From positions 1 to 64,000 of the IMG/VR virus record IMGVR_UViG_3300046534_001250: DNA of 64,000 nt. One strand, written 5' to 3'. The position numbers and the translations under genes were made by a program. The DNA comes from a virus. The notes under the pieces are model-generated. The model had not been told where the DNA came from. It did no database searches and was given only the letters and a program-made list of their open reading frames with translations. Of this stretch, positions 16,068 through 26,265 are shown piece by piece (position 1 is the stretch's first letter; every line of letters begins with the position of its first letter).

Positions 16068-16324
16068 GTAGCCCGACTAACCACGTAGATACAAACGGAA
16101 GACCAATTAATATTGGAGACGTTGTTGTATCTACTGCCAATAACACGCCAGAGATATGGATGGAGGTAGTGATAGGCGCAACCGCTAAGCAACTGAAGGT
16201 TACAAGCCTGAAGCACGTAGGCGACAACTACTCCTTCACTAGGCCTTCGTCATGTGTATCTCTTGAATCCCTAATCAAATACTCACATGATAATTTACAA
16301 GGAGTTTTGGACCATGGTAGGTAG
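16061..16324 (+). CDS. Small paralog 2
   Basis: GSPTNHVDTNGRPINIGDVV. Confidence 0.7.
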   Translation: MLGSPTNHVDTNGRPINIGDVVVSTANNTPEIWMEVVIGATAKQLKVTSLKHVGDNYSFTRPSSCVSLESLIKYSHDNLQGVLDHGR

Positions 16325-16574
16325 CCCGACCAATCAATTAGATTCTCGCGGCAATACAATCTGTATAGGAGATGTACTAGTTTATGGGTACAACTACGGA
16401 TTGATTCTGTACGTAGCGATTGGAGAGACACCAAAAATGATACGGGTAACCCGTCTAGTGAACACTCAACATTGGCCTAATGAAATAATCTCAGGCCACA
16501 AGACCCTTACCGTAGGTAGCATCCTAGATGCTCAAGCCACACTCTTGTCCGCAGCGCTAAAGGCTATTCAATGA
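16314..16574 (+). CDS. Small paralog 3
   Basis: GSPTNQLDSRGNTICIGDVL. Confidence 0.7.
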   Translation: MVGSPTNQLDSRGNTICIGDVLVYGYNYGLILYVAIGETPKMIRVTRLVNTQHWPNEIISGHKTLTVGSILDAQATLLSAALKAIQ

Positions 16575-16837
16575 TTGGTGACATCATTTGCTTTAAAGAC
16601 AAAATGGGCAACGACGTACGGATAGGAGACTTAGCTTTCGGATCCTATGGTGGACTCTACGTTTTCGTAGTTATTGGCGCGAGCAAAAAGCGAATTCGCG
16701 GAAGAATCTTAAACCACCCCGCAGGTACAATAAGCCGCTACACTCAAACGTTTCCCCCAGAAGATGTGGTAGTTTCTAACACCCTTATTGATTTATCAAT
16801 CAAATTACAACAAGACATTTTAGACATGGAATTTTAA
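16571..16837 (+). CDS. Small paralog 4
   Basis: FKDKMGNDVRIGDLA. Confidence 0.7.
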   Translation: MIGDIICFKDKMGNDVRIGDLAFGSYGGLYVFVVIGASKKRIRGRILNHPAGTISRYTQTFPPEDVVVSNTLIDLSIKLQQDILDMEF

Positions 16838-16838
16838 T

Positions 16839-17129
16839 ATGAAATGGAACAGTACACAAGAAGCACTAAACTTTCTCCTCACTAGCGCTCCGCTAGACAG
16901 AAAGAATTATGCGACTGCAGCATATAATACAATTGTTACAGCACTTAACAAGGCTGGAGAAGTAGATACCGAAGAAGTAGACCGTCTTAAGACCCTTGTA
17001 GACAATCGCAATACTGAGATTGCAAATTTAACCCTGCAAGTTTCCGATCTAGAAGGTCAACTGGCTACTGCTAGCAAGCCCAAGACCAGAACAAAGCGTT
17101 CAAAGAAGACTGATGAACCAGCCAGTTGA
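16839..17129 (+). CDS. Coiled-coil protein with basic tail
   Basis: Heptads, KPKTRTKRSKK. Confidence 0.65.
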   Translation: MKWNSTQEALNFLLTSAPLDRKNYATAAYNTIVTALNKAGEVDTEEVDRLKTLVDNRNTEIANLTLQVSDLEGQLATASKPKTRTKRSKKTDEPAS

Positions 17130-17742
17130 TATGGTGACGGGCCAAGGTCATGCGATTTACTTCTCTAATCCAGAGAGGACTACAATCGACCTACTTGATC
17201 TTCGCCGAAGCACCATGAATATCTGCAGATACAATGGGCACCTGAACTGGAAGCTCGTACAGCACTTGTGGTTATGTGTACAGTTGGCTAAGGCTAATTA
17301 TACACTCAACCCCTTAGCTTCACTATATGCTGGTGCTCACGACCTGCATGAAGTGTATGTTGCAGATATTGTTTCAGGAATGAAACCACACCTGACAAAC
17401 TACAGACGTATTGAATATAGCTGGGAAGTTTATGTTCATGAGTCACTAGGCTTGCCCTGGAGCCTACGCCCGCATGAAGAAGTCAAGTACGTTGACATGC
17501 GCGCCCTAGTATTAGAAATGAATGTACTCAGACATCCATCTGCTAAAGAAGTAGCCTCTCAACTAGGAGGGGAACCTTCTGGCGAAGAGCTACAAATCAT
17601 GATGGACGTACGTGCATTAAGCGTTTCAGACTGTTGGGATTTGCTTTGGGCGGAAATTTGCCAGGGAATCCAATATATTAAAGAGGTACGAAATGGCAAA
17701 GGCAAAAGCAACAGTCAAGAAAGAGAAAGTCGAAGTAGCTAA
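17113..17742 (+). CDS. HD-domain 5'-deoxynucleotidase-like phosphohydrolase (YfbR/YfdR-like)
   Basis: CRYNGH..VQH..HDLHEVYVADI...K; VKYVD. Confidence 0.82.
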   Translation: MNQPVDMVTGQGHAIYFSNPERTTIDLLDLRRSTMNICRYNGHLNWKLVQHLWLCVQLAKANYTLNPLASLYAGAHDLHEVYVADIVSGMKPHLTNYRRIEYSWEVYVHESLGLPWSLRPHEEVKYVDMRALVLEMNVLRHPSAKEVASQLGGEPSGEELQIMMDVRALSVSDCWDLLWAEICQGIQYIKEVRNGKGKSNSQERESRSS

Positions 17743-18892
17743 CAAAACGGGAATCCGTGAGTTAGACGCAATGCTTGCAGCAGTTTCTAAGAAGTTCGGA
17801 AAAGACCTAGGTGGAGAAAACTACGGAGACGTAGAAATCTTTACTACCGGCTCATTGAACTTTGACATTGCGTTAAAGCGTGGTGGTATTCCCACCAATA
17901 CAGTTATTGAAATCTATGGCCCCAACAGTAGTTTTAAAACTACGTTTGCTGTCATAGCCTTAGCGGCACGACAGAAGTGGCGCAAGGAACAAGGTATCAC
18001 TGATCAGCGAGACCTGATCATTGACCTTGAATACAGTATGGAAGAGAGCTATCTAGTCAGTTATGGCGTAGATATGGACATGGTTATTTGGGTTCGCCCA
18101 GATACTATTGAAGAAGCTCTTCAGATGTGTATCGATATTCCAAAGAGCGGCAAGATTGATTACGTAATCTTTGATAGTGTTGATGCTGGTCAGAATGAAC
18201 GTCAGCAGCGTCGCCAAGTTGGAGAAGCAGATGTGGGAGGTTCGTCGAAAGACATGAACTTCGCTCTCCGTACGCTATCTAAGCTGTGTCATGAATATAA
18301 AACTACATATTGGTTCATTAATCAAATCAAGATGAACCCAGGTGTAATGTTCGGAAGCCCAGAGACAACTCCTGGCGGACTAGCTCTTGGATTCTATGCT
18401 TCGTTGCGTTTAAAGATGTTAACTCGGGCAAAGGTCCCAGACCTTCCAGGTGCATCTATGATTAGGTGCAAGGTTGGTAAGACAAAACTCAGTGGCGATG
18501 TAGAAGACTTAGTCACTGCCGCAATCATCTGGGGGCAGGGCTACGATGAGACTTACGAGCTAAACGCGCTAGCAACAAAGTATGGTATACTACGTCATAG
18601 TGCAGGGCAAACCAAAGTAGCATGGACTAAAGAACATGAACTTGAACCTATCGATTCGGAAGTTGAACCAGGCAAACAAGCAGGTATCGATTACATTCGG
18701 ACTAATGATGGTCCGCGTTTTAGATTGCGACATGCTGTATTGCGGGCCACCGAAACTGGTGGAGCAATGTCTGATGAAGCTGCCCTAGCATTTATCAAGG
18801 AGAAATATGGAGATGGAAGAGAAGACTCACCGACTGATGGAGTCAGTGAGGAAGATACAGAATCAACAGATGACGCAGAAGATTCTGAATGA
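17693..18892 (+). CDS. recA: RecA/UvsX recombinase
   Basis: TTGSLNFDIAL..GGIP; EIYGPNSSFKTT; VIFDSV; FINQIK..PGVMFGSPETTPGG.AL.FYASLRL. Confidence 0.95.
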   Translation: MAKAKATVKKEKVEVANKTGIRELDAMLAAVSKKFGKDLGGENYGDVEIFTTGSLNFDIALKRGGIPTNTVIEIYGPNSSFKTTFAVIALAARQKWRKEQGITDQRDLIIDLEYSMEESYLVSYGVDMDMVIWVRPDTIEEALQMCIDIPKSGKIDYVIFDSVDAGQNERQQRRQVGEADVGGSSKDMNFALRTLSKLCHEYKTTYWFINQIKMNPGVMFGSPETTPGGLALGFYASLRLKMLTRAKVPDLPGASMIRCKVGKTKLSGDVEDLVTAAIIWGQGYDETYELNALATKYGILRHSAGQTKVAWTKEHELEPIDSEVEPGKQAGIDYIRTNDGPRFRLRHAVLRATETGGAMSDEAALAFIKEKYGDGREDSPTDGVSEEDTESTDDAEDSE

Positions 18893-18979
18893 GATTAGAA
18901 CCCGTACTACGGTATCGGTATTACAGTTAGAAAACCTAACTAAAACTATTTACGACATAATAGAAGAAGGAACATCATA

Positions 18980-21196
18980 ATGAAATTGCAAGGATCAGAA
19001 ATCAAAGTAGAACGACAAGGAGACATGAAGGAAACTTCATTTGGCATTAGCCAGGGAGATGAATCCCACATCCTAGTCATCCTTAGAGATAAGCTCTACT
19101 CAGACAAAGCACGAGCAGTATTACGAGAGTACGGAACCAATGCTCTCGATGCACATATGGAGTCAGGCAAAGGCAAGACTCCGATCAATGTGCGGTTACC
19201 TACTAGGTTTAATCCGTTTCTAACTATCCGGGATTTTGGTCCCGGACTAAGTTCGGAAGATGCAAACACAATCTATACTCAGTATGGCCGAAGCACAAAG
19301 CGTTCAAGCAACAGTGCTATTGGTCAGCTGGGACTTGGATGCAAAAGTGCTTTCGCGTATACTCAGCAGTTTACTATCACTAGTTGGCATGACAGCAAGA
19401 AGACAATCTACAATGCCTACATCGATGAGACCAATAAGGGCAAGCTCGCTAACATGGGTAGCCTAGATTGTAATGCAGGCGAGACTGGTGTTGAAATCAA
19501 AATTCCAGTCAAAAGCCAAGACATTGAAGAGTTCACTACCAAGGCTAAGTCTGTCTATTACTATTTCGAACCTAGGCCTGACATTAATACCACTATCACA
19601 GCCCCTGCCTACGCAATCTCTGGCGGATGGTGGCGGCTACGGAACGAATATAGCGTAGGACCCATGGCTGTTATGGGATCAATCGGATACCCCCTCAAAG
19701 TAGAAAGTATGGGGAACGTTCCTCAAGAACTTAAGGATTTTCTTCAGACAGGTATTGAAATTAGATTTAAGATCGGCGAGTTGGCAATTAGTGCCAACCG
19801 TGAAGACCTGGAGTACACGGATCATACGCGAACCAATATACTTAAACGTCTTCATCAAGCTTTTAGCGAACTGAAGACAGAGATCACAACTAAGTTTAAA
19901 GACTGTACTACACCTTGGGAAGCCCGCAAACTTTACGCACAGCTGACCGCTAGAAAGCATAGGTCACATATCTATGGTACGACTCGTAGTCGAGATATCC
20001 TTGGCGAGTTAACCAGCAAGTTCGCAACCTGGACTGATGGAACTCGTGTCGTAGACTTAAAGCCAATTACAATTTCAACTAAAAGAACTACATGGTCTAG
20101 CAAAAACGCAATTGTACCTCCAGCAAACTTCACTGCTAACTATTTACCAGCTGGATCTGACAGAGTCCACACAAGTTCATATGGTTCATCTATTAAAGTT
20201 GGCAATCAATTTACCCTACTAGTTAATGATGTAACTACTTTTAACGTAAAGCGCCGTAAAGTCTTGATTGATACGCTACAGAATGACGCTGAACTGTTAA
20301 TTCTAAAGTACGATGGTTCCGGAGATTTAAACACAGAGCTAAAGGCTTGGACTGAAAAGCTTGGAATTGATGGCGTCACGATCTATAAGTTAAGTGATTA
20401 CGATTACAATATGGTTAAGGGTGGAACAAACACTTCTAATATTAAAGAGAAGCACTTTGAATTAGTTACTGGTTGGCACCCAACAAGAAGCCCAAAGAGT
20501 AAAAACTGGAAGACTGCTTCACTGGATATCCAAGCTGGAGAAGGGGTATACATGCCACTCTATAGATACCAACCTGATGTACTCGACTGGACTATGGAAA
20601 CATTCCAAAAGCAGTTGACTCAGCTGAAAACGCTGGACAGTACAATTGTTCTTCCAACATTCTATGGAGTCAAACGAGACTCTGTAGCAAAGCTAGGAGC
20701 TAAGTGGATTTGTATTGATGCCTGGCTTACAAAAGAGATTTTAAAAGCCGCTAAGGCATCTCCACTGCTCAAGCAAGTGCCATCTTGGCAGTCCTGGTCG
20801 CAACATACAAGCGCTGGCTGGTTCTATCGAAGCTGGAATAAACAGGCAATAGAAAGATCTACAGAGACTTTTAAGTTACTAATAGGATTGCTTGGTGAAA
20901 AGCACGAAATCTGTCAGTTCTATACCGCCTTACAGTCTGAGACACTTAAATTCTCAGCATTGAATAACAAAATGACAAATGCTTATTCCTTGTTTACAAA
21001 CACTATTAGCAACATGCCTGCAGTCCAGGCAGCTATGAAACCTCGACATGATTTCAAAGTCATGGTAGGGGACATCCATATTAAGTATCCACTATTACGT
21101 TCGTTGCCTATGGTGACAACATCAGAAGATCAAATCAAAGAATTAGTACGCTATGTTAAACTAATTGACCAAGAGAGTAAAAATAATGACAACTAA
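18980..21196 (+). CDS. rIIA: rIIA-like protein (GHKL ATPase N-terminus)
   Basis: LYSDKARAVLREYGTNALDAH; IRDFGPGL; YGRSTK..SN..IGQLGLGCKSAFAYT. Confidence 0.9.
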   Translation: MKLQGSEIKVERQGDMKETSFGISQGDESHILVILRDKLYSDKARAVLREYGTNALDAHMESGKGKTPINVRLPTRFNPFLTIRDFGPGLSSEDANTIYTQYGRSTKRSSNSAIGQLGLGCKSAFAYTQQFTITSWHDSKKTIYNAYIDETNKGKLANMGSLDCNAGETGVEIKIPVKSQDIEEFTTKAKSVYYYFEPRPDINTTITAPAYAISGGWWRLRNEYSVGPMAVMGSIGYPLKVESMGNVPQELKDFLQTGIEIRFKIGELAISANREDLEYTDHTRTNILKRLHQAFSELKTEITTKFKDCTTPWEARKLYAQLTARKHRSHIYGTTRSRDILGELTSKFATWTDGTRVVDLKPITISTKRTTWSSKNAIVPPANFTANYLPAGSDRVHTSSYGSSIKVGNQFTLLVNDVTTFNVKRRKVLIDTLQNDAELLILKYDGSGDLNTELKAWTEKLGIDGVTIYKLSDYDYNMVKGGTNTSNIKEKHFELVTGWHPTRSPKSKNWKTASLDIQAGEGVYMPLYRYQPDVLDWTMETFQKQLTQLKTLDSTIVLPTFYGVKRDSVAKLGAKWICIDAWLTKEILKAAKASPLLKQVPSWQSWSQHTSAGWFYRSWNKQAIERSTETFKLLIGLLGEKHEICQFYTALQSETLKFSALNNKMTNAYSLFTNTISNMPAVQAAMKPRHDFKVMVGDIHIKYPLLRSLPMVTTSEDQIKELVRYVKLIDQESKNNDN

Positions 21197-22076
21197 ACCA
21201 CCAGTAATTCGCACTGAAGATCAAATCACTATCATCCTTAGTGGTCGCCCACGCATTGCAGATAGATCACATGGTAACTTTGAGCTTATTGTCGCCGCCC
21301 TAAATGAGGGGCGGTACAACGACCTTGAAAACCTATTTGACATCAAGTCTGCTATTGAGGCATGGTCTGAGGGTAAGTACACTGTCACTGAAGACAGTGT
21401 TACGTACGACGACGAACGCCTACCTAACTCGTTGGAACGTCGGATTCTCGCCTTCTTCGCAGCAGGTGAAGACTTTGCCCCGCTATTGGCTTTCCATAAG
21501 CGACTACAGGCTAATCCAAGTCGTAGTTCAGTACAGGAACTGTATACTTTCCTTGAGCACAAGAGTATCCCTATCGATGAGAACGGATACTTTTATGCAT
21601 ACAAGGCTATCACTCAGGAGTGGACAGACATCTATACCGGTAAGGTAGACAATAGCATTGGAGCCACTCCAAGTATGACTCGTAACCACGTAGACGATAA
21701 CCGAAACAACCATTGTTCACACGGTTACCATGTAGGAAGCCTGCACTATGTAAAGTGGTATGGCAACTCCGATAGTCGCTATGTAATCTGTCGTGTTGAT
21801 CCGGCCGAAGTCGTAAGCGTACCGCTAGATCATGACTGCCAGAAGGTTCGTGTCACAGGATACGAAGTTGTAAGTGAATTCACTGGCGCGCTGCCAGAGA
21901 CTCGCTGGTCTCCTGAAGATGAAAGTAAAGCTGACGACGAAACTGAAATCACTTTCGATGACGTCGACGACGACTACGATGAATGGCGCGAAGACTTAGA
22001 AGCTGAGAAAGAAGAACTTGAATGTGAAATGGCATCGCTGCAGGATCGCCTTCAGGACATCGACGACCAGCTCTAA
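21186..22076 (+). CDS. rIIB: rIIB-like protein
   Basis: LQANPS..VQELYTFL..PI..G.F.AYK; CSHGYHVGS; VDPAEVVSVP.D; follows rIIA. Confidence 0.9.
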   Translation: MTTKPPVIRTEDQITIILSGRPRIADRSHGNFELIVAALNEGRYNDLENLFDIKSAIEAWSEGKYTVTEDSVTYDDERLPNSLERRILAFFAAGEDFAPLLAFHKRLQANPSRSSVQELYTFLEHKSIPIDENGYFYAYKAITQEWTDIYTGKVDNSIGATPSMTRNHVDDNRNNHCSHGYHVGSLHYVKWYGNSDSRYVICRVDPAEVVSVPLDHDCQKVRVTGYEVVSEFTGALPETRWSPEDESKADDETEITFDDVDDDYDEWREDLEAEKEELECEMASLQDRLQDIDDQL

Positions 22077-22096
22077 TCTTAGATTAGACTTAATTT

Positions 22097-22127
22097 AGAG
22101 GCACCTCATGGGGTGCCTCTTACTTTT
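22097..22127 (+). terminator. Intrinsic terminator
   Basis: AGAGGCACC..GGTGCCTCT-TACTTTT. Confidence 0.75.
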
Positions 22128-22136
22128 GGAGAATGA

Positions 22137-22364
22137 ATGTTAGTAGAAGCTAAGCTGCCCAGGAGCGTGCAACAAGATATCTTAGATGCCTTCCAGCGCT
22201 TTTTTGGAGGGCCAACAGATTACATGGCTTTGATAGAAATCAAACTGGTAATCATAGAAGTACTTGTAGATGCTGCTATTGAAGCAGAAATAGACTTCAT
22301 ACCCGTAGTTGAGGTCACGGCTGAAGGCGACCGTGTAACAGTTAAGATACTAAAAGAAGAGTAG
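22137..22364 (+). CDS. Small hypothetical protein
   Basis: GGAGA RBS. Confidence 0.6.
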   Translation: MLVEAKLPRSVQQDILDAFQRFFGGPTDYMALIEIKLVIIEVLVDAAIEAEIDFIPVVEVTAEGDRVTVKILKEE

Positions 22365-22645
22365 ATTTTTAACTAAAAGATATGATGTGATACTCCTAAG
22401 TATAAAGAGGAGCTACCATGCAGACAGAACGTATACGAACCACCTTTACAAAGGCAGGACTTCTTGGGCAGAGCAAGAAATCCTAGGCGTTCCTCATGGC
22501 TTCCATATCGTACGGGCCCGCGCTCTAATAACTAGTGGCACGGGAACTACGTTAGCCCTGTCAGTAAGGGAATCAAGTGTCCCTACTGAGGATACAGATA
22601 TAGTTCTGCAATATGGACTGACTTAAACACGACAAATAACCGCAC

Positions 22646-22678
22646 AAAAAAGCCACCCTTTGAGGTGGCTTTACTTTT
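22646..22678. terminator. Intrinsic, possibly bidirectional terminator
   Basis: AAAAAAGCCACC-CTTTGA-GGTGGCTTTACTTTT. Confidence 0.8.
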
Positions 22679-22704
22679 GAACACAGATAAACATAAGAGG
22701 AAAC

Positions 22705-24036
22705 ATGGAACCAGAACAGAATCAATTTGTACATCTTCACGTGCACACCGAGTACTCAACTTTGGATGGCATCAATCGAGTTGATCAAACACCAGATCAT
22801 ATCAAAAGCATGGGGCAAGAAGCTGTAGCTATTACAGACCATGGTAACGTCGCTGGCACTTACGACTTCTTCAAAGAATGTAGAAAGTCAGACATCAAAC
22901 CAATCCTTGGCATGGAAGCTTATTACACAGTAAATGATAAATCAGCGCGTGAAAAAGACGAAGATGGAAAGAACTACTACCATTTAATCCTTCTTGCTAA
23001 GAACAACATAGGGTTAAAGAACCTCTATGCTATATCTACTAAAGCTTTTACTGAAGGTATGTATTATAAGCCTAGGGCAGATGATGCTTTGCTGGCCGAA
23101 CATTCCGAAGGAATTATAGCCACAAGTGCCTGCCTTGGGAGCAGGGCTTCCCAGCTTATCTTAGCTGGTAGGAACGATGAAGCTGAACGACTTATCCTGC
23201 ATCACGCCGCTATCTTTAAAGGCAACTTCTTGATCGAGATCCAACTACACGACGATGATCAACAGCTAGTTAATGCAGTACTAATCCTTATAGCCAATAA
23301 GCACGGCCTGCCAATCATACTAAGTAATGACTGCCACTACCAACATGAAGTCGACAAAGAACTACACGAGCAGGCTCTCTGTATGTCAACGAATATGATT
23401 ATGTCAGATCCTCCCTGGAATCCAGAGTCTAAAGGAACTGCGACAGGCAAGACTCGATTCTCTTTCGGAGACATTGACGTCCACGTAGCCTCGACTGAAT
23501 GGATGTGGAAGAAGGCAAAAGCTCTAGGCATCCCATTAGAAGCTATTACAAACACTAGGTACGTAGCCGACATGATTGACGACTCGTCTTACTTCATGGA
23601 CAAGAAAAACCGCTACCCGTCATTCCCTGGACTCAGTGGGCTCCCACCATGGGAGGCTCTTGAGAACTTATCAAAGCAAAAGCTTATGGAAAAAATGGGA
23701 GGTATGCCGCCGGAAGAATACCGGGATAGAATGAATAGCGAACTAGCAGTTATTAAGAAGATGGGCTTCTACGACTATCTTCTTATCGTTGAAGACTTCT
23801 GTACTGGTGCTCGCTCTGAGGATGTATGGATTGGCCCAGGACGAGGAAGCGCAGCAGGATCATTAGTAGCTTATGCGCTAGGGATCACGCAAGTAGATCC
23901 TATCAAGTACGGCTTAATCTTTGAAAGATGGCTTAATTACGGGCGTGCCGCAACCCCGCTTATCTTTGATAGGCAAATGATTAAACAAATAAAGGAAACA
24001 CATGTACCAAAAACAACCTGTGGCCACAGTCACTGA
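22705..24036 (+). CDS. dnaE: DNA polymerase III alpha (DnaE), N-terminal piece: PHP domain through GRGS/FER motifs
   Basis: FVHLHVHTEYSTLDG; AITDHG; HLILLAKN..GLKNL; GPGRGSAAGSLVAYALGITQVDPIKYGLIFERWLN. Confidence 0.93.
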   Translation: MEPEQNQFVHLHVHTEYSTLDGINRVDQTPDHIKSMGQEAVAITDHGNVAGTYDFFKECRKSDIKPILGMEAYYTVNDKSAREKDEDGKNYYHLILLAKNNIGLKNLYAISTKAFTEGMYYKPRADDALLAEHSEGIIATSACLGSRASQLILAGRNDEAERLILHHAAIFKGNFLIEIQLHDDDQQLVNAVLILIANKHGLPIILSNDCHYQHEVDKELHEQALCMSTNMIMSDPPWNPESKGTATGKTRFSFGDIDVHVASTEWMWKKAKALGIPLEAITNTRYVADMIDDSSYFMDKKNRYPSFPGLSGLPPWEALENLSKQKLMEKMGGMPPEEYRDRMNSELAVIKKMGFYDYLLIVEDFCTGARSEDVWIGPGRGSAAGSLVAYALGITQVDPIKYGLIFERWLNYGRAATPLIFDRQMIKQIKETHVPKTTCGHSH

Positions 24037-24232
24037 ACCACAAATAGATATGATGTATCGTCATTTTAGAAATGCGATGCGTAAAAACTCTTGGCCAATT
24101 CCAAACCGCACAGAGTTCAGACAAATCTGTGTCATCTCGTTAGATCCAGAGGTTGAAGTCAAAGACGGCAAAACCGCTGTTGATAGCATCATCGCCGACT
24201 ACGAACTTATATTAGGCGGCTACGATGGATGA
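24002..24232 (+). CDS. Hypothetical protein
   Basis: AAGGAA RBS. Confidence 0.55.
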   Translation: MYQKQPVATVTEPQIDMMYRHFRNAMRKNSWPIPNRTEFRQICVISLDPEVEVKDGKTAVDSIIADYELILGGYDG

Positions 24233-24503
24233 CATGCTAGGCAAGCCTGTTAAAGTAGGCGACTACTTTTTACTGGCAGTAGGTAATCCTCGATATGGAG
24301 GTATCGTTGCCTCTGTAGGCAAAGTAGTAGGCAGCACGGAAAAGATGTGGACGTGTGCTCGTATTATAGATATGCGCAAAGACACATTGAAGCTTAAGGT
24401 CTCTAACTGTAAGGCTAAGAAGTTCTTAGTTGTCCCAAGTACCGTCATCGATCAGTGGCCAGAAGCAAAAAAGCTTCTGGATTCAAAAGATTTAAAAGTT
24501 TAA
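24225..24503 (+). CDS. Small protein related to the 15.8-16.8 kb paralog family
   Basis: DMLGKPVKVGDY...VVGSTEKM. Confidence 0.6.
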   Translation: MDDMLGKPVKVGDYFLLAVGNPRYGGIVASVGKVVGSTEKMWTCARIIDMRKDTLKLKVSNCKAKKFLVVPSTVIDQWPEAKKLLDSKDLKV

Positions 24504-24530
24504 AAACCAGGGCTGTGAAAGCAGCCCTGT
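24502..24530. terminator. Terminator at convergent junction
   Basis: CAGGGCTG-TGAAAG-CAGCCCTG; T tract on - strand. Confidence 0.75.
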
Positions 24531-25393
24531 TATCCTAACTTACGCCTGTTGATCCAAGCTCGCTTACCGGCTTCGACACGCCGCTTATCAATTTCTGGGC
24601 CGAATTCGAAACTGCCCCCAACATCTTCTATATTATCTGGAGCCGATAGAAATACTTCCATGTCTAAGGCATACTTGTTTAGCCTGGCAATATCATTGTT
24701 TAATACATTTCCGACATGTATCTCAGAAAGCTGCTCGATTACTCCAAGAGCACCTTTCTTCCACTTGCCATAAGTACGATCCTCTACGCGGTAAGGACTG
24801 GCCCCGATCGCATATAGCCTCGTGCATGTTTGGCGAGCTCTTTCAGGCAACGGTGGGTAAACAGCAACGCCACCGCCATCCATGTATCTCCAACCTTCTA
24901 CAGGCTCATGATAAGGCAGGATGGCACTACTGCGCCCAATCCACATCAGTTGATCATCGATACTAAGCTCATCAATTCGAATTAACTTGGCCCCAGGAAG
25001 ATATTCAGGATCGATCCCACTAGGCGCCCAACTACTCCTGTCTGTAACCAATACCCAGCATTCTACCACGCAGGGATTTTCTTCTAAGTAGGGACGTAGT
25101 CGCCGCATAAAGACATTAAGACTCTTCCACCCATTTAAGGGGTTGATGTCGTTAACTCTCTGGACATCTCGCTCCTTAACGATATTGTTACTAAATTCTT
25201 CCAGCGCACTCATGGCATTTGCAGCAGCAAAACGAGCAGCAGTAGCTCCAATACTATTGCCAACAAATCCGTCAGGATGCTTTCCAGTGATAGCCAAGGC
25301 TTCATCAATAGCGCCCTGAATCTGCGGAAGCTCACTTCTTCCTCTGGCTCCACCACCACTAATTATAAACCATACGTTAGGGCGCTTCATCAT
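24530..25393 (-). CDS. Patatin-like phospholipase
   Basis: SGGGARG glycine loop, GNSIG nucleophile elbow, DGG. Confidence 0.88.
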   Translation of the reverse strand: MMKRPNVWFIISGGGARGRSELPQIQGAIDEALAITGKHPDGFVGNSIGATAARFAAANAMSALEEFSNNIVKERDVQRVNDINPLNGWKSLNVFMRRLRPYLEENPCVVECWVLVTDRSSWAPSGIDPEYLPGAKLIRIDELSIDDQLMWIGRSSAILPYHEPVEGWRYMDGGGVAVYPPLPERARQTCTRLYAIGASPYRVEDRTYGKWKKGALGVIEQLSEIHVGNVLNNDIARLNKYALDMEVFLSAPDNIEDVGGSFEFGPEIDKRRVEAGKRAWINRRKLG

Positions 25394-26265
25394 TATGGAG
25401 CCCAGGGAGCAAGTTTCGATAACAAATACATTTGAATCGTTACGCCTTCGGCAACCGGCACATCTAACCAGGCAAAATCAACTGAAGAGCTATCTGCTAC
25501 AGCTTCGTGCAGAGTTCTTGAACCACTTGTCAAGAAAGCAGAATCAGCACCTTTTAACGAAACTAAATAAGCTGTGCCACCAGTTGAGGGGTCTGCAGAG
25601 TTGTTGAGTGCCAAGATTGCACTGCCAATAACAGCTGAAAGCTCATCAATGACATTTTGTCTACGCCGACGACCAGCAGCAATACTAGGACCTGCTGCTG
25701 AAAGAGAACCAGGAGTCGCAGCAGCAGTGTTGAAGCGTTCAGCATATTCAAGCCAAGACTCACTACTAGTCTTAAGCAAAGGAGAAGCAAGAGTAACGTA
25801 GGGTTTAAATCTATACTTAGTTGCACAAACATTACCAGCAGTATCTAGCCACTGAATGGTCATAAGTCTACAGTAGGGGCCGACACTATTAGTCTGAGCA
25901 CTCGGAGCTGGCCAGTAAGTCGATAGCTCTTTTATCACCGTATCTGCAGAGCTATTAATGAGTTCAGTTCTAACCTGGTGACCGTACTCAAAAACTTCAG
26001 TTCGATCAAGCCTGGTCATTAAGCCAGACTTGTAATTAAAAGCAGTAAGCGGTCCCCAAAGACTATCAGCAGGAAGAAGAGCCAACAACCTAGCAGGTGC
26101 ATCTTCAACGTACCATCCATTCTTGACAATAAGCTCTTCTAAGTCAGTATCCGTACTGAAAACCTCTAATGTTTGATTGTCACTTTGAGACATAGTTGCG
26201 CCTGTAGCAGCAACCCAGTTAAAGAGTTCAGCGGACTTGTATCCATAATGATGTATTAAGCTCAT
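25393..26265 (-). CDS. Hypothetical protein, possibly virion-associated
   Basis: Coupled within the - strand cassette. Confidence 0.65.
   Translation of the reverse strand: MSLIHHYGYKSAELFNWVAATGATMSQSDNQTLEVFSTDTDLEELIVKNGWYVEDAPARLLALLPADSLWGPLTAFNYKSGLMTRLDRTEVFEYGHQVRTELINSSADTVIKELSTYWPAPSAQTNSVGPYCRLMTIQWLDTAGNVCATKYRFKPYVTLASPLLKTSSESWLEYAERFNTAAATPGSLSAAGPSIAAGRRRRQNVIDELSAVIGSAILALNNSADPSTGGTAYLVSLKGADSAFLTSGSRTLHEAVADSSSVDFAWLDVPVAEGVTIQMYLLSKLAPWAP

Noticed and set aside
17915-17945. RecA Walker A variant GPNSSFKTT
   Set aside because: Lys-Thr retained; within the variation expected for phage recombinases
23940-24036. Split intein at the end of dnaE piece 1
   Set aside because: The tail is short and lacks intein block A/B; piece 2 has no HN-C junction
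24530-25393. CBASS CapV effector
   Set aside because: No CD-NTase in the window; neighbours look virion-related
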